Assembly: GCF_020745735.1 (NCBI RefSeq) | Contig: NC_083433.1 | Coordinates: 18,983,363 to 19,047,362 of the forward strand | Direction of reading: 5' to 3' | DNA length: 64,000 nt | From: Hemiscyllium ocellatum | Taxonomy: Eukaryota | Part shown: piece by piece, positions 1-11,539 of the stretch | Layout: each line of letters starts with the position of its first letter | Position numbering within the stretch: position 1 is the first letter of the stretch | Notes under the pieces: generated by a model | Databases searched by the model: none | What the model was told of the DNA's origin: nothing | What the model saw: only the letters and a program-made list of their open reading frames with translations | Position numbers and translations under genes: made by a program

Positions 1-126
1 AGGTTGGGGTAAATGCAGGGGTATGGGTGGGTCGCGCTTCGGCGGGTCGGTGTGGACTTGTTGGGCCGAAGGGCCTGTTTCCACACTGTAAGTAATCTAA
101 TCTAATCTAATCTAATCTAATCTAAT
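1..126 (+). mobile_element. HE1-type SINE, 3' part with (TCTAA)n tail
   Basis: Same 3' sequence (ggacttgttgggccgaagggcctgtttccacactgtaagtaatctaa) as more than 10 other copies in the window; tandem TCTAA tail. Confidence 0.85.
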
Positions 127-918
127 AGGTTAAGTGGAAAAAAGGGACAGAGCGTCCTTGGATTTCCACAAAACATTGATAAGGTGCTACATCAAATGTT
201 ACTGTACAAGGTGAAAATGCATGAAGGTAACAGGGTCAAGGATTGATGAGTGAATAGGAAGCAGAGAATAGGGATAAATTAGTCTTTTTCAGCTTAGCAA
301 ACTGTAACCTGTGGAAGAAGGCGTTTGGTATGCTTTCCTTTATTGGTCAGAGTATTGAGTACAGGGTTGGGAGGTCATGTTGCAGCTATACAGGACATTG
401 GTTGGGCCACTTCTGGAATATTGCATGCAAGTTGTTGTGAAACTTGAAAGGGTTCAGAAACAATTTACAAGGTTGGAGGTTTTGAGCTATAGGGAGAGGC
501 TGGACAGGCTGGAGCTGTTTTCCCTGGAGTTTTGGAGACTGAGGGGTAACCTTACAGAGGTTTATAAAATCATGAGGAGCATGTAAAGGATATGTAGACA
601 ATGTATTTTCCCTGGAGTGGGGGAGTCCAGAACTATAGGGCATAGGTTTTGGGTGAGAGGGGAAAGATATAAGAGAGACCTAAGGGGCAACTGTTTCACG
701 CAGGGGGTGGTACATGTATGGAATGAGCTGCCAGAGGAATTGGTGGAGGTTAGTACACTGCAACATTTAAAAGGCATCTAGGTGGGTATATGAATCGGAA
801 GGATATGGGCCAGGTGCTGCAAGTGGGACTAGATTGGGTTGGGATATCTGGTCAGCATGGACGGGTTGGACTGAAGGGTCTGTTTCCATGCTGGACATCT
901 CTATGACTCTATGACTCT
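127..918 (+). mobile_element. CR1/HER1-like LINE, degenerate RT and 3' end
   Basis: ORF 377-586 LYRTLVGPLLEYC...LERVQK..FSLE..RLRG is the CR1 ORF2 C-terminus; ends in a (CTATGACT)n tail. Confidence 0.85.
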
Positions 919-1119
919 GTGAATGCCACAGGACTCAGTGCTGGGCCCTCAACTATTTACAATCTGTATCAGTGATATTGATGCAGGGACTGAATGTAAA
1001 TATTTTAAATCAACCTGTTATGGCACATCTCTGGAGCAGATAGGACTTTAACCAGATCCCCTGGCTCAAAGGTAGGGACATTATCACTGTACCATAAAAG
1101 CCATCAGAGACTACGGTAG

Positions 1120-1338
1120 TTAAATTTGATAATGGTATCAAGATAGATATTGTGGAATGAACTTCCAGAGGAAGTGGAGGATGTGGGTACAGATACGATT
1201 AAAAAACATTGAGATAAATCAATAAATAAGAAATGTTTGGAGGGATAAGGGCAGAGTGGGTTTGGGATTATGTTTGGCATGGACTGGTTGGACTGAAGGG
1301 TCTGTATCCTTGCTGTACAACTCTATGACTATGACTCT
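1120..1338 (+). mobile_element. CR1 LINE 3' fragment
   Basis: ggactgaagggtctgt...ctctatgactatgactct tail. Confidence 0.7.
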
Positions 1339-1382
1339 GTAGGTAGGAAAATAAAACTGAGATTTTGCAAAGGGATATAAAC

Positions 1383-1675
1383 AATGGTTAGCACTGCTGC
1401 CTCACAGTGCCAGAGATCCGGGTTCAATTCCTGCCTCAGGCGACTGTGTGGAGTTTGCACATTCTCCCCATGTCTGCGTGGGTTTCCTCCGGGTGCTCCG
1501 GTTTCCTCCCACAGTCCAAAGATGTGCGGGTCAGGATGAATTGGCCATGCTAAATTGCCCGTAGTGTTAGGTGAAGGGGTAAGTGTAGGGGTATGGGTGG
1601 GTTGCGCTTCGGCAGGTCAGTGTGGACTTGTTGGGCCGAAGGGCCTGTTTCCACACTGTAAGTAATCTAATCTAA
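1383..1675 (+). mobile_element. HE1-type SINE
   Basis: tRNA-like head (tggttagcactgctgcctcac...ggttcaattcc), conserved core, tctaatcta tail. Confidence 0.88.
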
Positions 1676-3114
1676 TAAATAAGTGGTTGGGTAGAAATTT
1701 GGAGTACAATGTGGGAAGATATGAACATGTCCAATTTGGCAGTAAGAACAGAAAAGCAATATGCTACTTACATTGAGAGAGATCACAGAACTCGGTGATA
1801 CTGAGGGATCTGGGTGACCCAGTATGGGGATTACTAAAGTAAATCTGCAACTGCAGAAAGTGATTAGGAAGGTGAATGGAATATTGGTGCTTATAGGAAG
1901 AGGAGTAGAATACAAAGTAGCAATGTCTTATTGCGGCTACACATGGCCATGGTGAGACCATGCCTGGAATCTTTGTACAGTTTTTGTCTCCTTATGAGAA
2001 AGGATGTTATTGCCATAGAAGTAATGCAAAGAATGTTCACTCAAAAAAGAAAACTCAATCCTAGGAATGAAGAGTTCACCTTATGAAGAAAGGCTGAACA
2101 GGCTGGGCTAATACCTATTGGTGTTTGGAAGAATGAGAACTTTGCTGTTGAAACATGGAAGATCCTGAGGGGACATTATAGCTTCGGTGGTTGATTATCC
2201 ACCCGATCAACAGCACAAGTACAGTACTGAGAAACAGCTTGCAGTCAGAGAAACATGAGAGAGACATGAAATTCTCTGACTGGGGGAGTAGCTGATTATG
2301 GATTCTGTTCCTCTCATGTAAAGAGATGACCTTACTCTGATTAGTCCATTATCATTTCTTGGGCATTTTGGGGGATTTTTGGAGAGGGGGGGGGATTTTG
2401 CCTGCCACCACACCCCTCACATATTTTCAGCTTTGTGAGGCACTCACTTGCTACTTTTGATGCACTTGAGAAAGGATCAGTGCTGTCCAAGTTTCTCCGA
2501 ACGCACCAGCCCTGACAAATAGGATTATCTGCCCAACCCTCTGCCAGACTCTGAGGAAGTGTCAGGACGTCATTGCAACTTCACATATTCCTGGCTCACA
2601 AGAGGAGCTGTTACTTTCAAAGCCAATAATTCCCACACAACATTCTGGAACAAAAAACAGGAATTGCAAGAAATACCCAGCAGGTCTGGCAGCATGTGTA
2701 AAGCAAGAGATAGCGTTAAAGTTTGATGTTGATGTCCTCTCATCAGATCAAAAAAACAGTATTTACAGCTTTCCTTCTTTCTGCTCTCATCGCCATGTAG
2801 CTGTTGTGTTTCTCAATCTCTGGAAACACTCATCAGCAGAATAGGAAGGATTTGAAGGGATACAGGCACTTGCTGGCAGGTGGGATTAGATTGGGTTGGG
2901 ATATCTGGTCGGCATGGATGAGTTGGACCAAAGGGTCTGTTTCCATGCTGTACATCTCTATGGACTCTATGAGCAGGCATTCAATTTCAGTCTGGCTTCT
3001 TGGAAGCCTGAATTACATCTTCCAGGGATGTTTCCAATCATCATGCTCTTCACCACCCTCAAAATGGCAGCACACAATTGGGGATGGATAACCAAATGTT
3101 GGTGTTGCCAGCAA

Positions 3115-3306
3115 NNNNNNNNNNNNNNNNNNNNNNNNNNNNNNNNNNNNNNNNNNNNNNNNNNNNNNNNNNNNNNNNNNNNNNNNNNNNNNNNNNNNNN
3201 NNNNNNNNNNNNNNNNNNNNNNNNNNNNNNNNNNNNNNNNNNNNNNNNNNNNNNNNNNNNNNNNNNNNNNNNNNNNNNNNNNNNNNNNNNNNNNNNNNNN
3301 NNNNNN
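3115..3306. other. assembly gap (192 N)
   Basis: Run of N. Confidence 0.99.
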
Positions 3307-3516
3307 TTTAATTTTAGCCACTTCCTCCGCACTCTCTTACCCATTTGGGGGCTAAATAGCCATTTCAACACCTCAGTGAGAACATCACCTCCCTCCAAAA
3401 TGTCTATCCAGATGATATGCACAAGTCTTGGAGTGGGGCTCGAACCTTTCTGATGTAGATTGGGGTACCACTATTTTGCAAATCTAGACATAACCTCAAT
3501 ATGAGAATAAATTTAA

Positions 3517-3814
3517 GGGCGGCACGGTGGCACAGTGGTTAGCACTGCTGCCTCACAGTGCCAGCCCCTGGGTTCAATTCCCGCCTCAGGCGACTGACTG
3601 TGTGGAGTTTGCACGTTCTCCCCGTGTCTGCGTGGGTTTCCTCCGGGTGCTCTGGTTTCCTCCCACAGTCACAAAGATGTGCGGGTCAGGTGAATTGGCC
3701 ATGCTAAATTGCCCGTAGTGTTAGGTAAGGGGTATATGTATGGGTGGGTTGCGGGTCGGTGTGGACTTGTTGGGCCGAAGGGCCTGTTTCCACACTGTAA
3801 GTAATCTAATCTAA
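3517..3814 (+). mobile_element. HE1-type SINE, full length
   Basis: gggcggcacggtggcacagtggttagc... head through gtaatctaatctaa tail. Confidence 0.92.
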
Positions 3815-4229
3815 ATCAGAACTCTGCTGCTCACTTTCCCTCTCTCAGCAACAATATTATTTTCTCCAAAGACAAAATGGGAAATTCCCATTGAGTTCAA
3901 AAACAATGCATCATGCTGACCAGCCAAGATTCAGGTTCAGTCCTGAGTATATTGCTAAGCTTGCTAAACTAGTGGGGGCCTTCTCTGTCAAAGAGATAGA
4001 ACCACCCCTTTCCTCCACCTCTTGTGACAAAAATCACAAAAATCTTCTATATCAAAGGGAGCAGTGCTTCCGTAGCCATTCCGGAATGAAATCAGGACTA
4101 TTTCTTCACAGGGTGTAGTCAGAACCTGGAACTCAAAACAGCTGGATTTTGAGGTGGAGAGGGACACTGAGAAGTGGATTGATTTGATAATTCCAAAGTG
4201 TGGGGGCCAGTTAGGATCAGGGGAGTGGA

Positions 4230-4540
4230 GATATACAACTATACAAATTCGGCCCCTTGAGCCCTTTCTGCCATTTGATAAGATCATGGCTGACCTGATT
4301 GTGGCCTCAACACTACTTTCCTGACTACCTCCAATAACCCGTGACTCCCTTGCTAATCAAGAATCGATTTGCCACTGCTTTCAATATATTCAATGTCTCC
4401 TCCTCTCCTGCTCTCTGGGGCAGGACATTCCACAGACTCATGACCACTGAGAGATAAATTCGCTTCTCAATTTTAAATAGGAGGCCCTTTATTTTTGAAC
4501 TGTGACCCCTAGCTCTAGTCTCTTCCACCAGCCCTCTTCT
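4230..4540 (-). mobile_element. old CR1/L2 3' fragment
   Basis: ORF 4325-4642 (-) RTRGHS.KIKG..F..E...LWN.LP..LNILK is the CR1 ORF2 C-terminus. Confidence 0.7.
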
Positions 4541-5741
4541 GTCTCTCAAATTAAAGGTTGGGGTGTAGGTGGGCGCTGTTTGTGGACTGTAGGAATTTAA
4601 ACAGATAGTGAGGTTCAAGGCCATTAAGGTATTTGAATGCAAGAGTGCTCCTGTATTAAATGTCTGACTTTAGGCCTCTGGGGACCAATATAGAGGACAG
4701 GATGTTTATTGATGAATCTCAGGAATGGGTTACGGGCATCAGAGGTTTGGATAGGATAAAATGTTGCTGCCAGGGAGCCTAGGTTCCTTGAGAAGGTGAG
4801 TTATTAAAGACCTCCCCCACTCTGCAAACAATTGGAAATTATTGAATACAGTGAGAATTTCTTCCATTGGTTTTGGATGAGATGTTAAGCCAAGGCTCTG
4901 TTTTTCCAGTTGGGACATATAAAAGAACTCATGGAATGATTTTGAAGAAAAAGAAGTTAATTTTGATTTGAGTTGATTTATTGTAGTCACATGTACCTAA
5001 GTACAGTGAAAAACTTTGTTTTGCGAGCAGTACAGGCAGATCGTGGCAAACAAGAACGTACAGATCATAGGGTGCTTAGACATAGTGAGGTAGATAAGGT
5101 TACACTGCACAGGAGGTACACAAAGCAAGATCAATATTAGCAAGATCACAGGTAAGCTTTCCTCGGTGCCTCAGCCAATATTGATCCTTCACAAAAACAG
5201 ATCACCTGGTCATGATCACTCTGCAGTTTGTGGGAGCTTTGCTGTGCATAGATTGGCGCTGAGTTTTTGAGGAATAGTCACTACGCTTCATTGGCTACAA
5301 AGCACTTTCAGACACCCAGTAGTCATGGGAGGTGCATCTAAATGCAAATTAGTCTTTTCTCATATGCTCTTAGTTTGTGAAAAGTCTTAAGAAAGTTACA
5401 TATTATCAAATGAACCATAACAGTTTTTTAAATAACATTTAAATTCATAATTACTGCTAAACATCCTCATTGATGCTGGAAAGTTGTTAAATGACAAATT
5501 TCTCATTTTGATAAAATTTTACCTTCAATTTTTTAAGTTTTAACATGATACTTGGCTTATATTATAATGCAAATGATCATTTATTTCATGAGCTGAAATG
5601 TTTAAATTAAAAAGGGAAAGGATTCAATGCTTTTAGTGTCCTGCTCTGTGTACTGTAAGAATACTTTAACATGATTGGCTACTTACCTTGTATGATGACG
5701 TCATTGTTGTTGACATCTTGGAGATCCTCTCTGCTGCAGAT

Positions 5742-5995
5742 AGGGGGAGATGGTGGTGTAATGTTAATGTCAATGGGCTATTCATACTGAATCCTAAAGG
5801 TAATGTTCTAGATACATGGGTTCAAATTGACAGATGGTGGAATTTAAAAATTCAATTGTAAAGGTTAATCTCAGTAATGATGACCAAAAAACTATCAATG
5901 ATAGTAGCAAAAAAACCCATCTGGCCCACTGAAGTCTTTTCGGGAGGAAAATCCACTGTCCTTAGCTAGTCTGACTTACAACATGTGACTCCAGG
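5742..5995 (+). mobile_element. second tRNA-derived SINE family
   Basis: ggggagatggtggtgta...atgggttcaaa...aaaacccatctgg...gtgactcc; related copies at 15772-16230, 46075-46215 and 63625-63835. Confidence 0.6.
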
Positions 5996-5999
5996 GTTA

Positions 6000-6530
6000 C
6001 AGTCACAGCAATGGTCAGCTCGGAAACAGACCCTTTGGTCCAACTCATCCATGCTAACTAAATATCCTAAATTAATTTGGTCCCATTCGCCAGCATTTGA
6101 CCCACATCCCTCAAAACCATTCCCTACTCATATACTTATCCAGATGCTTTGTAAATGCTGTAATTGTACCAACCTCCACCACTTCCTCTGGCAGCTCATT
6201 CCATACATGCACCACCTTCAGCGTGAAAAAATTGCCCCTTAGGTCTCTTTTAAATCTTTCCTCTCTCACCTTAAACCTATGCTCATTAGTTTTGGATTCC
6301 CCTATCCTGGGGAAAAGACCTTCACTATTCGCCCTATCCACGCCCCGTCATGATTTTATAAACCTCGATGAGGTCACTCCTCAGTCTCTGACACTCCAGG
6401 AAGAATAACCCCAGCCCATTCAGCCTCTCCCTTTGGCTCAAGCCCTCCAACCCAGGCAAGTATTTTCTGAACCCTTTCAAGTTTAACAACAACATCTTTC
6501 CTATAGCAGGGAGACCAGAACTGAGCTGAC
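6000..6530 (-). mobile_element. CR1/HER1 LINE 3' fragment
   Basis: ORF 6111-6341 (-) MDRANSEGLFPRIGESKTNEHRFKVR..FFTLKVVHVWNELP. Confidence 0.88.
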
Positions 6531-7789
6531 AATAACGTGGTTGCCTCTTCATTGCCCTCACGTCAGGAGTATTCAGGAAAAGGCAACAAAAGCTGCCTTG
6601 CCTCTGATGTCCACATCCTCTGAAATAAAGGGACAAACATTAATCTGCTGTTGGAGGAAGGAAAAACCATAGCATAGTGCTCATTGGATCTCTGCAGACA
6701 ATAGTAGCGTATGCCATAGCTTCACTACTGATCACAAGACCCAAACTGATATTTTTTTTGGAAGTTTTGTGCTTAATTCCTTCTGATATTAAATCCCGCC
6801 TTTGCCTCTGTCCTGACTCCCGGCTAACTAAAGAAATCAAGGATGGTATCTAATTGAAAGAAAAGGCATACATTGTTGCAGAGGTCAACAGACTGAGAAC
6901 TTTTTATAACCTGCAAAGGAGAAAAACTTATATGGGAGACATTATAATACAAAAGTAAACGAACAAAAAGTATAATACCAGGCAGTAAGAGCTTCTATGA
7001 ATATACAAAAAAGGACAGAGGGTAGCAAAAGAAAATGTTGGCCCTATAGAAGATGAGATTAAAAATAGTAGTAAATGAGGAAATAGCAGGGAATTCAATC
7101 AGCTATTTACTATCTGTCTTTGCATTAACGTAGACAAAAAAATAAACTAAAAGTGATAGAAAATCAAAGGACAGAAAGTGAATAAATAAAGGAATTATTA
7201 TCACTGGTGAAAACATACCAGGAAAATTGTTGGACTAAAGGCTATTGGGTTCCTTGTACCTGATGGCCTATATCCCAGGATGTTAAGGAAAGTACCTGAA
7301 GAGATATTGAATACATTGGTTGTAATCCTTCAAAATTTCCTATGTTCAGGGAAGGTCCCGGTGAATTGGAAAGTTACAAGTACAACACCTCTATTCAAGA
7401 AAGGAGGGAGACATAAAACGACAGGCCTGATAGCCTAACAGAATTACATAAATACTGGAATCTACATATTGAGGAAATTGTGGCAGTGTATTTAGAAAAT
7501 CATTATATAATACAGCAGAGTCAACAGGGCAAGTGCAAAGCAGGACGGTAAATTTGATGTCTGAGTTTTAATATCTGCTGGGCAAATGGATCTTCCTGAA
7601 TTATACAAAACGTATGTTTGCAGGATTCTGTGCTGAGTGATACTATAAGCCTACGTTCAACGGGGAAAGATTACAGTCTTAAGGCCTTTATACAGCAGTA
7701 GATTGATATAAATATAGCTGTAAATTGCATTTGGAGTGAGACTTCTTGCCACTTATTTGGCCAATTTGATCAACAACGCATGTATCCAA

Positions 7790-8110
7790 ATTGTGATGTA
7801 TAGAATGGCAGATGGAGGCCATTCTGCCCATTGAGTCTGCACCAGCACTCTGAAGGGCATCCCACCTTGAACCAGGCCAAAGCCTGTCCCTGTAACTCTG
7901 CATTTACTACAGTTAACTCACCTAGCCTGCACATCCCTGGATACAGTGGGGCAATTTAGCATGGCCAATCCATCTAACCTGCCTATCTTTGGACTGTGGG
8001 AGGAAATCAAGACACTCAGAGAAAACCCACATAGACATGAGGAGAATGTGCAAACTCCACACAGGGAGTCGCCCGGGGTTGGGTTCAAACCTGAGTCTCT
8101 GGTACTGTGA
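7790..8110 (-). mobile_element. divergent HE1-type SINE
   Basis: ggggcaatttagcatggccaat...tgcaaactccacacag, the reverse complement of the SINE core. Confidence 0.75.
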
Positions 8111-8119
8111 GGTAACATG

Positions 8120-8376
8120 CCTTGCCTTTAAATCAGAAGGTTGTAGCTTCAACTCCTGCTCAACCTGGGCCCCAAAATCAAGTCTGATCCTGCTGCACTA
8201 TTGATGGTGCTGTTTTCAGATGAGATGCTAAACTGAGGGCCCACTTGCCCTCAGCTAAGATCTCAGTGTTTCAGAGAAGAGCAGGGGAATTCTCCTGTGT
8301 TGTCCTGATCAACATTTATCCCTCAATCAAGAACAACCAAAATAAAACCAGACAATCTGACCATTGTCCCATTTAA
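8120..8376 (+). mobile_element. Deu-domain SINE (SacSINE1/AmnSINE-like), 5' part; 3' part resumes at about 10973-11040
   Basis: gctgcact..ggtgctgttttcagatgagatgctaaactgagg..gaagagcaggggaattctcc..atttatccctcaa resembles the Deu core as recalled; other copies at about 5160-5355 (+) and 16250-16590 (-). Confidence 0.65.
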
Positions 8377-8432
8377 CAAAGTTAAAAATCACACAACAGG
8401 AGGTTATAGTCCAACAGGTTTAACTGGAAGCA

Positions 8433-8467
8433 CACTAGCTTTCGGAGCAACGCTCCTTCATCAGGTG
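8433..8467 (-). ncRNA. minimal type-I hammerhead ribozyme (family B), core intact
   Basis: Minus strand CAC-CUGAUGA-A-GGAGC-GUU-GCUCC-GAAA-GCUA-GUG: stem I CAC/GUG, stem II GGAGC/GCUCC, palindromic AGCU stem III. Confidence 0.8.
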
Positions 8468-8859
8468 ATAATGGAGGGTTCAATCCTAACACACAGAATT
8501 TCTAGCAAAAATTTACAGTGTGATGTAACTGAAATTATACATTGAAAAAGTGATTGTCTGCTAAGCCTTTCATCTGTTAGAATACAGTGATAGTTTCACT
8601 TCTTTAATGTGTAAATCACAAAACCTTTTTTTTAAAAAAAAAGTTGCATTCTCGGGTTAGCTGTTAACAATGGTGATAGCTAGACAATATGTTGAAGGTG
8701 TTAGCCCCCTGTGTGCTCTGTCTATGCCATGATGTTTAGATTGATTCTGATCTAAAAAGCGAGATAATGGAGTTTTACACAAATTCATGCAGTTTTTGAG
8801 CAAAGTACAATGTAACTCTGCAAATACAAATTCACCCCACAAAATATATGTGTGCATGT

Positions 8860-9054
8860 GGGTCTTTGTCTGTCTGTGTCTGTCTGTCTGTCTGTCTGGG
8901 GTGGGGGTTGTGAGTGTGAGAAAGTGCATGTGTGTGTGTAGTGAGTGCAGAGTGTGTTAAGTCTGTGAGGGGGTGCATGTGTGAGTGTGGGAGTGTGTGT
9001 GGATGTCTGTGTGAGCGTCTGTGTGTATGTGTGTCCATGTGTATGTGTGTATAG

Positions 9055-9094
<40 letters not shown>

Positions 9095-9112
9095 GAGTAT
9101 CTGTGTGTGTAT
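8860..9112. repeat. (TCTG)n and (GT)n-rich microsatellite within the PLE 3' region
   Basis: tgtctgtctgtctg and a long gtgtgt run. Confidence 0.9.
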
Positions 9113-9697
9113 AGTGCAATGGTGGTCACCTGTAATGTAACATGAACCCAAGGTCCTGGTTGAGGCCCTCCCTATGGGTATCAAACGTAGCTATCAGCCT
9201 CTGCTTGGCCACTACATGCATTCTTGTAGAACTCTGAGTTCAAAAACTGCATGAATTTATGTAAAACTCTGTTTCTCACTTTTTAGATTAGAATCAATCT
9301 AAACATCATGGCATAGACAGAGAACACAGGGGACCAACACCTTCAACATATTGTCTCGCTATCACCATTGTTAACAGCTAACCTGAGAATGCAACTTTTT
9401 TAAAAAAAGGTTTTGTGATTTACACATTAAAGAAATGAAACTATCACTGTATTCTAACAGATGAAAGGCTTAACAAACAATCAATTTTTCAATGTATAAT
9501 TTCAGTTACATCACACTGTAAATGTTTGCTATAAATTCTGTGTGTTAGGATTGAGCCCTCCACAATCACCTGATGAAGGAGCGACGCTTCCAATTAGTGT
9601 GCTTCCAATTAAACCTGTTGGATTATAACCTGGTGTTGTGTGATTTTTAACTTTGTACACCCCAATCCAACACCAGCATCTCCAAATCATGCCCATT

Positions 9698-10972
9698 CAA
9701 CATGGCTTTGTGCATGGGAAATCATGTCTCATAAATTTGATTGAGTTTTTGAAGAAGTAACAAAGAGGATTGATCAAGTCCATATGACGTGATCTGTATG
9801 GACTTCAGTAAGGCATTTGGCAAGGTCCCCTATGGGAGACTGGTTAGCAAGGTTAGATCTCATGGAATACAGGGAGAACTAGCCATTTGGATACAGAACT
9901 GGCTCAAAGGTAGAAGACAGAGAGTGGTGGTGGATGGTTGTTTTTCAGACTGGAGGCCTGTGACCAGTGGTGTACCGCAAGGATCGGTGTTGGGTCCACT
10001 ACTTTTCATCATTTATATAAATTCTTTGGATGTAAGCATAAGAAGTATAGTTAGTAAGTTTGCAAATGACACCAAAATTGGCAGTGCAGTGGACAGCGAA
10101 GAAAATTAACTCAGATTACGACGGGATCTTGATCAGATGGGCCAATGGGCTGAGAAGTGGCAGATGGAGTTTAATTTGGATAAATGAGAAGTGCTGCATT
10201 TTGGGAAAGCAAATCTTAGCAGGACTTAAACACTTAATGGTAAGGTCCTAGGGAGTGTTTCTGAACAAAGAGACTTTGGAGTGCAGGTTCATAGTTCTTT
10301 GAAAGTGGAGTTGCAGGTAGATAGGATAGTGAAGGCGGAGTTTGATATGCTTTCCTTTATTGGTCAGAGTATTGAGTACAGGAGTTGGGAGTCATGTTGC
10401 AGCTGTACAGGACATTGGCGAGGCCACTTTGGAATATTGTGAACAATTCTGGTCTCCTTCCTATCGGAAGGATGTTGTGAAACTTGAAAGGGTTCAGAAA
10501 AAATTTACAAGGATGTTGCCAGGGTTGGAGGGTTTGAGCTTCAGGGAGAGGCTGAACAGACTGGAGCTGTTTTCCCTGGAGCGTCCGAGGATGAATGATG
10601 ACCTTATAGAGGTTTATAAAATCATGAGGGGCATGGATAGGATAAATAGACAAAGTCTCTTCCCTGGGGTGGGATAGTCCAGAACTAGAGGCCACAGGTT
10701 TAAGGTGAGAGGGGAAAGATATAAAAGGGACCTAAGGGGCAACCTTTTCACACAGAGGGTGGTACGTGTATGGAATGAGCTGCCAGAGGAAGTGGTGGAG
10801 GCTGGTACAATTGTAACATTTAAAAGGCATCTGGACGGGTATATGAATAGGAAGGGTTTGGAGGGATATGGGCCGGGTGCTGGCAGGTGGGACTAGATTG
10901 GGATACCTGGTCAGCATGGACAAATTAGCCTGAAGGGTCTGTTTCCCATGCTGTACATTGCTATGACTCTAT
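9698..10972 (+). mobile_element. 5'-truncated CR1/HER1 LINE (RT to 3' end), frameshifted
   Basis: [38 protein letters not shown] motifs; ctatgactctatg tail. Confidence 0.93.
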
Positions 10973-11068
10973 GCTGTTTAGTGGCAGCTTGCTGTACATA
11001 AATTGGCTGCCCTGATTCCAATCTTATGACGTCAATCAGGTGTAAAGTGACCTGAGGGAGCGTCCTCC

Positions 11069-11227
11069 AGTCATAGAGACAACACGGAAACGACCCTTTG
11101 GTCCAACTCCTCCATGCCGACCAGATATCCTAAACCAATCTGCTCCCATTTGCCAACATATGGCCCAAATTTCCCTAAACCCTTCTTGTCCAGATTTCTT
11201 GTAAATGTTATAATTGTACCAGCCTCA
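11069..11227 (-). mobile_element. CR1 3' fragment
   Basis: Reverse complement of the CR1 tail and the LVSMEELDQR segment. Confidence 0.7.
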
Positions 11228-11260
11228 GGAAACAAAAAGCTAACTCTGCTTTCTCTCTGC

Positions 11261-11536
11261 ACTTTGGAAACAGGCCCTTAACAGGTCCAACAAGTCCACA
11301 CCGACCCTCCGGCGAACAACCCACCCAGACCCACTCCCTTACATTTACCCCTGACTAATGCACCTAACACTCCAGGCAATTCCCCATGGCCAATCCACCC
11401 TGACCTGCACATCTCTGTTACTGTGGGAGGAAACCCACACAGACAGGGGGAGAATGTGCAAACTCCACACAGACAGTCACCCGAGGCTGGAATCGACCCT
11501 GGCGCTGTGAGGTAGCCATGCTAACCACCCTGCCAC
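11261..11536 (-). mobile_element. HE1-type SINE
   Basis: ggaaacaggccc..caagtccacaccgacc..tgcaaactccacacag..ctaaccac. Confidence 0.85.
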
Positions 11537-11539
11537 ATC

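Larger units (their letters stand above)
8377..9690. mobile_element. Penelope-like element (family B): endonuclease C-terminus plus pLTR on -, inverted pLTR with tail on +
   Basis: About 430-bp inverted arms at 8377-8810 and 9237-9654; minus strand near 9120-9212 encodes VAKQRLIATFDTHREGLNQDLGFMLHYR*; TSD-like cccatt(t/c)aaca at 8368-8378 and 9692-9702. Confidence 0.8.

Noticed and set aside
2896-3453. Long ORFs of 102-185 aa
   Set aside because: Artefacts of reading through the N gap
3517-3600. tRNA-like A/B boxes, here and in other copies
   Set aside because: SINE heads; no full cloverleaf, and they continue into the HE1 core
5671-5704. MHC class II SXY-like module (X2 plus Y box)
   Set aside because: Order and orientation of the CRE and ATTGG are not those of SXY, and no X1 box was seen
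8657-9184. HT/TH-repeat ORFs
   Set aside because: Translation of the (GT)n microsatellite
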